A stretch of 64,000 nucleotides of DNA from the NCBI GenBank assembly GCA_036380925.1, contig DASVDW010000175.1, positions 55 to 64,054 of the forward strand. Direction: 5' to 3'. This document shows positions 19,326 through 27,819 of this stretch, piece by piece; within the stretch, counting starts at the first letter, position 1, and every line of letters begins with the position of its first letter. Position numbers and translations under genes: made by a program. The notes beneath the pieces were generated by a model that worked only from the letters and a program-made list of their open reading frames with translations, was not told the DNA's origin and ran no database searches. Source of the stretch: Acidothermaceae bacterium (GTDB taxonomy: Bacteria > Actinomycetota > Actinomycetes > Acidothermales > Acidothermaceae).

Positions 19326-20347
19326 GCGCGCTGACGTCCACCGGCCTGTTGCGGCTGGGCACCAGGCGCAGCGCCCTTGCGATGGCGCAAGCCGGCCGCG
19401 TCGCCGACGCGTTGCGGGCTCGCGGGCGCGCGGTCGACATTGTCGGCGTCACGACGGAGGGCGATCGCACCGCCCGCCAGGGCGCACCGCTCGCCGACGT
19501 CGGCGGCGGTTCGGCTCAGGGCGTGTTCGTCGCCGCCTTGCGCGTGCGGTTGCTCGCCGGGGACGTCGACGTCGTCGTCCACTCGCTGAAGGACCTGCCC
19601 ACCGCGCCTGCCGACGGTCTGGTGGTCGCCGCGATCCCGCCCCGCGAGGATCCCCGCGACGCGCTGGTGTCGCGCGCCGGCCAACGGCTCGCCGACCTGC
19701 CGTCGGGCGCCCGGATCGGCACCGGCTCGCCGCGTCGAGCCGCCCAACTGCGCGCGGCGCGGCCGGACCTCGACGTCCGGCCGCTGCGGGGCAACGTCGA
19801 CACCCGGCTGGGCAAGGTCTTCGACGGCGAGCTCGACGCGATCGTCGTGGCCGCCGCTGGCCTGGCCCGGCTAGGCCGCCTGGCGGAGGCCACCGAGCTG
19901 CTCGACCCGCTCACCATGCTGCCGGCGCCCGGCCAAGGCGCCCTCGCGATCGAATGCCGGGTCGGCGATCTTGATCCCGAAGGCTCGTTCGCGGAGCTGA
20001 TTTCGAGCCTGGACGACGGCGCCACGCGCGCGGCCGTCACCGCCGAACGCACGCTGCTCGCCGAACTCGAGGCGGGTTGCACGGCACCGGTCGGCGCCCT
20101 CGCGCGAGTCGACGCCGGATCCGGTGGGGGCAGCGGGCTGGCGGCCAATTTGCATCTGGACGCGGCAGTCGTCAGCGTTGACGGCGCCACCGCTATCCGC
20201 CGCTCGGCGAGCGGCCCGATCGCGCAGCCTGTCGAACTCGGTCGCCGACTCGCGGCCGAACTGCTCGCGGCGGGCGCGGCCGGCCTCGTCGGCGGCTCGA
20301 CAGCAACAGCCACTAACCCAATCTCGCGGTCACGCGAGAATCAGTGA
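19322..20347 (+). CDS. hemC: hydroxymethylbilane synthase (porphobilinogen deaminase)
   Basis: 341 aa with LRLGTRRSALAMAQA, VVHSLKDLP, RGNVDTRL and EAGCTAPVGA (cofactor Cys) motifs. Overlaps the hemA stop. Confidence 0.95.
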   Translation: MSALTSTGLLRLGTRRSALAMAQAGRVADALRARGRAVDIVGVTTEGDRTARQGAPLADVGGGSAQGVFVAALRVRLLAGDVDVVVHSLKDLPTAPADGLVVAAIPPREDPRDALVSRAGQRLADLPSGARIGTGSPRRAAQLRAARPDLDVRPLRGNVDTRLGKVFDGELDAIVVAAAGLARLGRLAEATELLDPLTMLPAPGQGALAIECRVGDLDPEGSFAELISSLDDGATRAAVTAERTLLAELEAGCTAPVGALARVDAGSGGGSGLAANLHLDAAVVSVDGATAIRRSASGPIAQPVELGRRLAAELLAAGAAGLVGGSTATATNPISRSRENQ

Positions 20348-20362
20348 CAGGACAGGACGGCG

Positions 20363-21958
20363 ATGAGGTCAACGCCCAAGCAAGCGGGCACCGTGGCATT
20401 CGTTGGAGCCGGACCGGGCGACCCCGCACTACTCACCTTGCGCGCCGCCGAGCTGCTCGGCCGCGCTGACGTCGTGGTGACGGACACCACGCCCGTCCCA
20501 GGGATAGCGCGGCTCTTCCGCGATGGCGCGACGGTTGTCGAGCTCTCCTCCGACGGCGACGCCGAGCGCTCGCGCACACCCGCCGAGCGGGCCAAGGCGA
20601 TCACCGAGCCGGCGAAGGCCGGCAAGTCGGTGGTGCGGTTGTTGACCGGCGACCCGCTGTTCGACGGCGAGGGCGCCGACGAGGCGGCCGCGTGCGCGAA
20701 GGCGAAGTTGACGTTCGAGATCGTGCCGGGAGTCCCCGTGGCGTCTGGAGTCCCGAGTCACGCCGGCATCGCGTTGTTCGACGCGAAGCATCGCGACGTT
20801 CGGGTGGTCGACACGAGTGGCGCACCGGATTGGGCGAGTCTGGCGACCGCGCCGCAGACGCTGGTGCTGACCAAGGTGGACAACTTCGCCGGCGCCGCCG
20901 ACGCGCTCGTCAAGCATGGCCGCTCACCGCAGACGCCCGTCGCCGCGACGCGCGCCGGGGCGACCACCGAGCAGCACACCGTCGTGTCGACCCTTGCCGG
21001 ATTGGCCGCCGACGCGAAGGCCGCGGGGTTGTCAGGGCCGGGTGTGCTGGCTGTCGGCGACGTGGTGAAGAGCCGCACGGCGCTGTCGTGGTTCGAGACC
21101 AAGCCGCTGTTCGGATGGCGGGTGCTCGTGCCGCGCACCAAGGAGCAGGCGGGCGTGCTGTCAGAGAAGTTGCGGGCGTACGGCGCGGTTCCGGCCGAGG
21201 TGCCGACGATCGCGGTCGAACCGCCGCGCACGCCGCAGCAGATGGAACGCGCGGTGCGCGGCTTGGTCACCGGCCGCTACGAGTGGATCGCGTTCACCTC
21301 GGTCAACGCGGTGCGCGCGGTGCGCGAGAAGTTCGAAGAGTACGGGCTCGACGCGCGTGCGTTTTCCGGCATCAAGGTCGCGGCCGTCGGTGAGCAGACC
21401 GCGGCGTCCTTGTTGGCGTTCGGCGTGAAGCCCGACCTGGTGCCGTCCGGCGAGCAGTCGGCGGCCGGGCTGCTCGCCGATTTCCCGCCGTACGACGACG
21501 TTCTCGACCCGATCAACCGGGTGTTCTTGCCGCGCGCTGACATCGCCACCGAGACGTTGGTGGCCGGTCTGATCGAACTCGGTTGGGAAGTCGACGACGT
21601 CACCGCCTACCGCACGGTGCGCGCGGCGCCGCCGCCGGCGCCGACGCGCGAGGCGATCAAGACCGGTGGGTTCGACGCCGTGGTGTTCACGTCGTCCTCG
21701 ACCGTGCGCAACCTGGTCGGGATCGCCGGCAAGCCCCACGCCACCACGGTCATCGCCTGCATCGGTCCGCAGACCGCGAAAACCGCCGAAGAGCACGGGC
21801 TGCGGGTCGACGTGCTCGCCGACGAGCCGTCGGTCGGCGCGCTGGCCGACGCGCTCGCGTCGTTCGGGCTTGCGCAGCGGATGGCCGCCGAGGCGGCCGG
21901 GGAGTGGACCGGCAAGCCCGGCCGGCCGAAGTCCAACACTCGACGCAAGGCGAAGTAG
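20363..21958 (+). CDS. bifunctional uroporphyrinogen-III C-methyltransferase / uroporphyrinogen-III synthase
   Basis: 531 aa. N-terminal half FVGAGPGDPALLTLRAAELL (tetrapyrrole methylase), C-terminal half HemD-like (RVLVPRT, IAFTSVNAV, VVFTSSSTV). Same fusion as mycobacterial Rv0511. Confidence 0.9.
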   Translation: MRSTPKQAGTVAFVGAGPGDPALLTLRAAELLGRADVVVTDTTPVPGIARLFRDGATVVELSSDGDAERSRTPAERAKAITEPAKAGKSVVRLLTGDPLFDGEGADEAAACAKAKLTFEIVPGVPVASGVPSHAGIALFDAKHRDVRVVDTSGAPDWASLATAPQTLVLTKVDNFAGAADALVKHGRSPQTPVAATRAGATTEQHTVVSTLAGLAADAKAAGLSGPGVLAVGDVVKSRTALSWFETKPLFGWRVLVPRTKEQAGVLSEKLRAYGAVPAEVPTIAVEPPRTPQQMERAVRGLVTGRYEWIAFTSVNAVRAVREKFEEYGLDARAFSGIKVAAVGEQTAASLLAFGVKPDLVPSGEQSAAGLLADFPPYDDVLDPINRVFLPRADIATETLVAGLIELGWEVDDVTAYRTVRAAPPPAPTREAIKTGGFDAVVFTSSSTVRNLVGIAGKPHATTVIACIGPQTAKTAEEHGLRVDVLADEPSVGALADALASFGLAQRMAAEAAGEWTGKPGRPKSNTRRKAK

Positions 21959-21971
21959 ATCGGGAGTCGGC

Positions 21972-22967
21972 ATGGCAGTCGGAGCTGAGCGGCCGCGCAG
22001 GTTGCGGCGAACCCCAGCGCTACGGCGCCTGGTCGCGCAGGCGCAGGTCTCGCCGTCCGACCTGGTGCTGCCGTTGTTCGTCAAAGAAGGCATCGCCGAG
22101 CCGGCGCCCATCGCGTCGATGCCGGGCGTCCTCCAGCACACTCGCGACTCGCTGCGCAAGGCCGCCGTCGAGGCGGTGGCTGAAGGTGTCGGCGGGCTGA
22201 TTCTGTTCGGCATTCCAGAAGAAAAGGACGCCGTGGGGTCGGCCGCCGACGATCCATCGGGCATCGTGCAGGTCGCGCTCGGCGATCTGGTCTCCGAGGT
22301 GGGCGACCAGACGGTGCTCATCACCGACCTCTGCCTCGACGAGTACACCGATCACGGCCACTGCGGGGTGCTCGCTCAAACGGCGTCCGGCGCGGTCGTC
22401 GACAACGACGCCACCCTCGAGCGGTACGCGTCCATCGCGGTGGCGCAAGCCCGCGCTGGGGCGCACGTCGTCGCGCCGAGCGGGATGATGGACGGCCAAG
22501 TCGGGGCGATCCGAAGTGCCCTTGACGGCGAAGGCTTTTCTGACGTCGCGATCCTGGCTTACTCCGCGAAGTACGCGTCCTCTTTTTACGGTCCGTTCCG
22601 CGACGCCGCCGAGTGCGCGCCTCGCTTCGGCGATCGGCGCTCGTACCAGCAAGACATCGCCAACGGCGACGAGGCGCTGCGCGAGGTCGCCCTCGACCTC
22701 GCCGAGGGCGCCGACATGGTGATGGTGAAACCGGCGATGGCGTATCTCGACGTGCTGCGGCGGGTGAGCGATTTCGTCGACGTGCCGGTGGCCGCGTATC
22801 AAGTCAGCGGCGAGTACGCGATGGTCGAGGCGGCCGCCGCCAACGGCTGGCTGGACCGTGAGTCGGTCATTCTCGAGACGGTGACGTCGATTCGACGGGC
22901 GGGCGCCGACTTCGTGCTGACATATTGGGCGACCGAACTCGCGCGGTTGCTGCGATCGAAGGCATGA
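21972..22967 (+). CDS. hemB: porphobilinogen synthase (delta-aminolevulinate dehydratase)
   Basis: ATG 21972. RPRRLRRTPALRRLV, LPLFV, APSGMMDGQVGAIR and MVKPA (Schiff-base Lys) motifs. The upstream part of ORF 21666..22967 overlaps the previous gene. Confidence 0.95.
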   Translation: MAVGAERPRRLRRTPALRRLVAQAQVSPSDLVLPLFVKEGIAEPAPIASMPGVLQHTRDSLRKAAVEAVAEGVGGLILFGIPEEKDAVGSAADDPSGIVQVALGDLVSEVGDQTVLITDLCLDEYTDHGHCGVLAQTASGAVVDNDATLERYASIAVAQARAGAHVVAPSGMMDGQVGAIRSALDGEGFSDVAILAYSAKYASSFYGPFRDAAECAPRFGDRRSYQQDIANGDEALREVALDLAEGADMVMVKPAMAYLDVLRRVSDFVDVPVAAYQVSGEYAMVEAAAANGWLDRESVILETVTSIRRAGADFVLTYWATELARLLRSKA

Positions 22968-23638
22968 CGCCGCCCCGCGCGGTGCTGCTCGACGCGGGCG
23001 GCGTGCTGCTGCTGCCAAACCCGTGGGCGATCGCCGCGGTGTTGCGCGCGGCTGGCGGTCGGGTCGGCATCGACGACGCGCGCCGTTGGCACTACGAGGC
23101 CACCGCGGTGATGGACGCGCATGACGAGGTCGACTGGCATCGCTACCACGAGCTGTTCGCCTTGCGCGCCGGTGTGCCCGAAGCCAACTTCGCCGACGCG
23201 ACCGCCGCGCTGATGGATCTGTACGTCGCGCCGGCGCCGACCCTATGGAACGTGGTTCCTGACGGATTGGCTGCGCAGCTTGCCGAGTTGCACGCCACCG
23301 GTGTGGCGATCGCCGTGGTGTCGAACGCCGACGGAACGGTGGAGTCGTTGCTGCGCCGCAGCGGGTTGGTTTTCGACATCGTCATCGACTCGCAAATCGT
23401 CGGCTTTGCGAAGCCGCAGCCGGAGATTTTCGATATCGCGTTGGGGAAACTCGACGTCGCAGCGGCCGACGCTGTGCACGTCGGCGACACCGCCTGGGCG
23501 GACGTCGTCGGGGCCCGAGCGGCCGGCGTACGGCCGCTGCACATGGACCCGTTCGGCGATTGTCCTTATCCCGACGGCGACCACGAGCACGTGCGCTCAC
23601 TCGCCGACGTCGTGCAGTTGGCGGCCGGCGCGCGTTAG
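22964..23638 (+). CDS. HAD-superfamily hydrolase
   Basis: ATG 22964 overlaps the hemB stop (ATGA). AVLLDAGGVL (DxG variant of motif I), VVSNADG, and GFAKPQPEIF plus HVGD motifs. Confidence 0.8.
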   Translation: MTPPRAVLLDAGGVLLLPNPWAIAAVLRAAGGRVGIDDARRWHYEATAVMDAHDEVDWHRYHELFALRAGVPEANFADATAALMDLYVAPAPTLWNVVPDGLAAQLAELHATGVAIAVVSNADGTVESLLRRSGLVFDIVIDSQIVGFAKPQPEIFDIALGKLDVAAADAVHVGDTAWADVVGARAAGVRPLHMDPFGDCPYPDGDHEHVRSLADVVQLAAGAR

Positions 23639-23648
23639 TTCCTCGTGT

Positions 23649-25688
23649 TCAGCCGGTCCAGGGATGAGTTGGGGTTGATCCGTCGGGCGCCAACAGGTCG
23701 AAGCCGTCAGGGGTGTTGAGCAGTCCTGGCGCGGTGCCGGCCACGTCGTCCACACCGTATTGCCAGACGATTGACTTACTAGCTGGGTCGATCATCACAA
23801 CGCGGTGCCGGTAGTCGTCGTTCACGCAGATGACGCCGCTCGGCAGCACTTCTGCGAGGCTCGGGTGGTCGAGCATGCCGTGGCCGCTCGGCACGTGGTA
23901 ATCCCACAGCACGTGACCCTCGCGGTCGAACTCCACGATGCCGCCTGGGCGCGCGTAGTCGGCGACGATGTACTTGTCAGGGCCGATCTGCTGCGGGTCG
24001 GACGGATAGGTGATCGGCAGGTGCACTGTCCACACCAGCGAACCGGTCAACGTGTACTCGCTGATCCACGACCCGTCGACCTCTGATATCAGCACGTCGC
24101 CGTTCTGCAGCGGCGTGTCGCCGTTCGGGTAGCCAAGCGACTTCGGCGGCCGGTGCACGCAACTGCCGGTGGTGCCGATCTGGCCGACCTGTCGCGCCTG
24201 CGGGCTGATGATGACGACCCGGCAGTTGTTCGCGTCGGCGACGATGACCCTGCCGTCCTTGAGCAGGTAGGCGTCGTCGGGCTCGTGAAGATATCCAGAG
24301 CCTGGCCCGGCTTGGCCGGGGTGTCCGTACGACCACAGCGAATTGCCTGCAGGGTAGGCAATCTTTACGATCGTGTGATTACCCTCCTGGTTCGAGATGA
24401 TCGCCTTTCCGCCGTCGGTGAAGAACGCGTCGTCCGGAAAATAGAAGCCGGACGGCGGCGCTGCCGCGCGCGCGTTCGGGAACGTCCAGTGGATGGCGCC
24501 CCTCGGATCGACCAGGAGCAGCCGATTGTTGCCGCGATCGGCGATGAGCAGTTGGCCGCTGAAGGCGGTCTCACCGAGCCCTTCCGCGCTTGCGCGCGGC
24601 GAGACGGTCCGCGTCTTCAGCGCGACGATCGCCGTCGTCGCGGCGACCGTCTGCTCGGCGGTGAGCGCGTTTCCGCCGATCACGTAAGCGGTGTCACCGA
24701 CGACGACGGTCGCCATGTCGGAGACCGACTCGGGCAACGAGCCGACGACGGTCACGGCGTTGGTCGACGGATTGAACGCGTAGACGGTGTTTTGCAAGGT
24801 GTGGCCGTCGGTGCCGCCGATCACCAGCACTTCATCTCCAAGCGCGGCGACGGTTTCATGCGCTAGCGGGTGAGGAAACTTGGCCACCACGCTGCTGTGG
24901 CCGGTGCCGGTGTCGACGCGTTGGATGTCGGCGGTGGCGACGCCACGATGCTCGCCACCGAACATCCAAACCGAACCCTTCGCGGCGTAGGCCGCGCCGT
25001 ACCGGATCGTCTCGCCGAGTTGCCCTGCCTGGGTGAAGGTCTTGCCGTCGGTGGTGACCAGCACACCGGGGACTTCGTGAGCCCCGTCGTACCCGCCGAC
25101 GACGTAAAGGGAGTTGCCGCTGACCGCGACGGAGTCGTCTGATCGTGGTTGCGGGAGCTGCCCGACCCGAGCGGCCGCGCCGTTCGATCGAACCTCCTGG
25201 ACGGCGTTCGTGGTCGACGCCGCGCCGCCGCCCACGACGAACGCATGGCCGTCGATCACCGCCGCCGCCGCATCGTGCACGGGCGCCGCGAGCTTCCCTG
25301 CCTCCGTCACGCCGCCGGTTGACGGGTCGAATGCCTCAATGCTCGCCGTGGTTTGCTGCCTCGCGGTGAGGCCGCCGACGACGAGCACTTTTCCGCCGAC
25401 GTTGACTGCCACCACGCGTGACAACGCTTGGGGCAACCGCGCGCCGATCGTCGTCGCGGTGAGCGCAGCCGTCGGAACGGATGGCGACGCAGGGGTGGAG
25501 CTATCCGGCGACGCCGCGGTGGAGCTTGCCGCGTTATTCAACGTTGCTGGTGAGCCGGCTGCGGAGGGCGTCGCCGGGTGGTGCTTGCTCGAGGTGCAAC
25601 CGCTCACAGCAAGCGCCGCGGTGATAGCGAGCGCGGTCGCCGGGAGCACCCGCCGGGGCGCACGTGCAAGGAAGATCTCGAGCCGCAT
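23649..25688 (-). CDS. lipoprotein with N-terminal Kelch-type and C-terminal NHL-like beta-propeller halves
   Basis: Start chosen at MRLEIFLARAP..., with lipobox LAVSGC at about residue 30. Repeated GG-hydrophobic blades (VVGG, VIGG, MFGG) appear in the first half. ADRGNNRLLLVD, ADANNCRVVIIS and NDDYRHRVVMID NHL-like repeats appear in the second half. The 796-aa ORF-track version overlaps the divergent gene at 25920. Confidence 0.7.
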   Translation of the reverse strand: MRLEIFLARAPRRVLPATALAITAALAVSGCTSSKHHPATPSAAGSPATLNNAASSTAASPDSSTPASPSVPTAALTATTIGARLPQALSRVVAVNVGGKVLVVGGLTARQQTTASIEAFDPSTGGVTEAGKLAAPVHDAAAAVIDGHAFVVGGGAASTTNAVQEVRSNGAAARVGQLPQPRSDDSVAVSGNSLYVVGGYDGAHEVPGVLVTTDGKTFTQAGQLGETIRYGAAYAAKGSVWMFGGEHRGVATADIQRVDTGTGHSSVVAKFPHPLAHETVAALGDEVLVIGGTDGHTLQNTVYAFNPSTNAVTVVGSLPESVSDMATVVVGDTAYVIGGNALTAEQTVAATTAIVALKTRTVSPRASAEGLGETAFSGQLLIADRGNNRLLLVDPRGAIHWTFPNARAAAPPSGFYFPDDAFFTDGGKAIISNQEGNHTIVKIAYPAGNSLWSYGHPGQAGPGSGYLHEPDDAYLLKDGRVIVADANNCRVVIISPQARQVGQIGTTGSCVHRPPKSLGYPNGDTPLQNGDVLISEVDGSWISEYTLTGSLVWTVHLPITYPSDPQQIGPDKYIVADYARPGGIVEFDREGHVLWDYHVPSGHGMLDHPSLAEVLPSGVICVNDDYRHRVVMIDPASKSIVWQYGVDDVAGTAPGLLNTPDGFDLLAPDGSTPTHPWTG

Positions 25689-25919
25689 GCCGCCACCCTG
25701 GAGAGCCGACCTGAAAGTTCTCTGAAGATTCTCCAGTTTCACGTGCTCGTAAGGTCCGGCGGGGATCGTCGAACCGGAGAGGCGCCCAGCCGCGATGTGA
25801 CTGGGTGAATGTCTTAAGGCTCGTTCAGCTGGTTCCAAGGCGGCCGCCAGAGTCGCCGCGGACATTCGAAAGGGCGGGGCGGACACCGGCGAACAGGCTG
25901 AGCTCGAGGAGGAACGCTC

Positions 25920-26225
25920 ATGGCATCCCGAAGCGATGGGCTGCGGCGGGCGACCGCCGCCACGACCTTGCTGGCCGCCGCGAGTGTGACCGGCGTGGTC
26001 GTTGTCGGCGCGGTCGTGTCGCATCACCCAGCGACGCATGCGACAACGGGAACCACGGGCACGTCGTCCGTCTCGTCGGGCGGCTCAGATGACTCGTCGG
26101 GCAACTCGTCCGACAACCGTTCCGGTGACGACTCCAACGGCGGCGCCGTTCAACAACCGACACAGCAACCCGTGCAGCAGGCCCCGCAGCTGTCCAACAG
26201 CCACGCGGTGACGAGCGGCTCATGA
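25920..26225 (+). CDS. small twin-arginine / membrane-anchored Ser-Gly-Asp-rich protein (hypothetical; candidate ApbE client)
   Basis: 101 aa. GLRRATAATTLLAAASVTGVVVVGAVV is a Tat-like RR motif plus hydrophobic helix, followed by a low-complexity S/G/D/T/Q tail ending HAVTSGS. Its stop overlaps the apbE ATG (ATGA at 26222-26225). Confidence 0.5.
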   Translation: MASRSDGLRRATAATTLLAAASVTGVVVVGAVVSHHPATHATTGTTGTSSVSSGGSDDSSGNSSDNRSGDDSNGGAVQQPTQQPVQQAPQLSNSHAVTSGS

Positions 26226-27181
26226 ACACGGGGAAACCGAGCGCCTGCGAGTGGTCGGCGATCGGGACCACGGTCCGCGTTGTCGTGTCCTCACCCGACC
26301 GCTTGTTTTCGGCAAGGCGAATCGTGGTCGAGGAGGTGCAGGCCTTGGACCTGGCGTGCAGCCGCTTCAGGCCTGACTCCGAGGTCGCCCGGTTGGCGGT
26401 GAACGCCGGTCGTTGGACGCCGATCAGCGGCCTGCTCGCCGACGTGCTCGAATGCGCGTTGGCGGTTGCCCGTGACACCGATGGCGACGTCGACCCGACG
26501 ATGGGCGCCGACTTGGGCCGGCTGGGTTACGACCGCGACTTCGGGCAGATCGTTCATCTTCCGGCCGGATCCACGTCGTCCGCCGCGGTTCCGCTCAGCT
26601 ATCGGCTGGTGCGCCGGCCGACGTGGCGCGACGTCGAACTCGACCGCGCCGGACGGCGCGTGCGGGCGCCCGCCGGCGTCGTGATCGACCTGGGCGCGAT
26701 CGCCAAGGCGTCGTGCGCCGACCGGTGCGCCAGCCGGATTCACCACGAGCTTTCGACCGGTGTCCTGGTGAGTCTTGGTGGTGACATCGCGACGGCGGGC
26801 GCGGGACCGGACGGCGGTTGGCTGGTTCGGGTGCAAGAGCGGCCAGGCGTCGACGCCGGCCCGGCCAACACCGTCGTGCTGGCCGACGGCTTCGCGGTCG
26901 CGACGTCGAGCACGGTGAGCAGGGCATGGCAGCGTGGCGGCTCGCGGTTGCATCACATCCTCGATCCCGCCACGCGGCGTCCGGCAGACCCGGTTTGGCG
27001 GACGGTCACCGTCGCGGCGCCGACGTGCGTCGCCGCGAACGCCGCGAGCACCGCGTCGATTGTGCGCGGTCATGCGGCGCCCGGCTGGCTGGCGAGCCGC
27101 AACGTGGCGGCGCGCTTGGTCGACGAGCGTGGCGTCGTCCGCACCATTGGCAGTTGGCCAAGTGAAAGAGCAGCGTCATGA
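26222..27181 (+). CDS. apbE: FAD:protein FMN transferase (ApbE family), no recognisable signal peptide
   Basis: 319 aa with SRFRPDSEV, DPTMG, DLGAIAKA, VSLGGDI and HHILDPATRRP motifs of the ApbE family. The N-terminus MNTGKPSACEWSAIGT is not signal-like. Confidence 0.88.
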   Translation: MNTGKPSACEWSAIGTTVRVVVSSPDRLFSARRIVVEEVQALDLACSRFRPDSEVARLAVNAGRWTPISGLLADVLECALAVARDTDGDVDPTMGADLGRLGYDRDFGQIVHLPAGSTSSAAVPLSYRLVRRPTWRDVELDRAGRRVRAPAGVVIDLGAIAKASCADRCASRIHHELSTGVLVSLGGDIATAGAGPDGGWLVRVQERPGVDAGPANTVVLADGFAVATSSTVSRAWQRGGSRLHHILDPATRRPADPVWRTVTVAAPTCVAANAASTASIVRGHAAPGWLASRNVAARLVDERGVVRTIGSWPSERAAS

Positions 27182-27819
27182 CTCCCGCGCAAATCGACAC
27201 CGCGTTGTGGGACCTGGGCCGGGCAACCGGGGTGATCAGCCTGGCGTTGCTCACCGCCGTCGTCGCTCTCGGCATCGTCACCCGCTCAGGCCGGCCGCTG
27301 CCGGGGTTGCCGCGGTTTGCCGTGAGCGTGGTGCACCGAGCGGCAAGTTTGCTGGCGGTGACCTTTCTCGGCGTGCACATCATCACGCTGACGCTCGACC
27401 CGCAGTCGCAACTTCGCTGGATCGACTCGATTATCCCGTTCGGCAGCCGGTTCCGGCCGCTGTGGGTCGGGTTAGGCGCTGCCGCGTTCGACCTGATCGT
27501 CGCGCTGATTGTCACCAGCCTGTTGCGCCACCGCGTCGGGCGACGGATCTGGCGCGCAATTCACTGGACCGCCTATGCGATGTGGCCGTTCGCGATGCTG
27601 CACACCGTTGGCTCAGGCACCGACGCCCGAGCGCCGTGGATGGTGTGGTTCCTCATCGGATGCGGCGTCACCGCGTTCGTCGCTTTCGGTTGGCGAATTT
27701 CGGACCGTTTCATCGATTACGCGGAGCGGGTGGCGGGAACGCGAATTCCATCGGCGTTCACCCGCGCTGACCGCACCGTGACGGTGGGCCAGTTGACCGG
27801 AATGAGAGGGCAGCGATGA
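27178..27819 (+). CDS. ferric reductase-like (MsrQ/YedZ-type) transmembrane di-heme protein
   Basis: 213 aa with about six TM helices. Four membrane-embedded His (VVHRAAS, GVHIITL, AIHWTAY, AMLHTVG) are arranged as in the ferric-reductase transmembrane domain. ATGA overlaps at both ends. Confidence 0.78.
   Translation: MTPAQIDTALWDLGRATGVISLALLTAVVALGIVTRSGRPLPGLPRFAVSVVHRAASLLAVTFLGVHIITLTLDPQSQLRWIDSIIPFGSRFRPLWVGLGAAAFDLIVALIVTSLLRHRVGRRIWRAIHWTAYAMWPFAMLHTVGSGTDARAPWMVWFLIGCGVTAFVAFGWRISDRFIDYAERVAGTRIPSAFTRADRTVTVGQLTGMRGQR

Noticed and set aside
23649-26039. The 796-aa version of the Kelch/NHL ORF given in the ORF track.
   Set aside because: Its first 117 codons are Arg/Gly/Ser-rich, precede a perfect Met-signal-lipobox start at 25688, and overlap the divergent gene at 25920. 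The shorter lipoprotein form is preferred.
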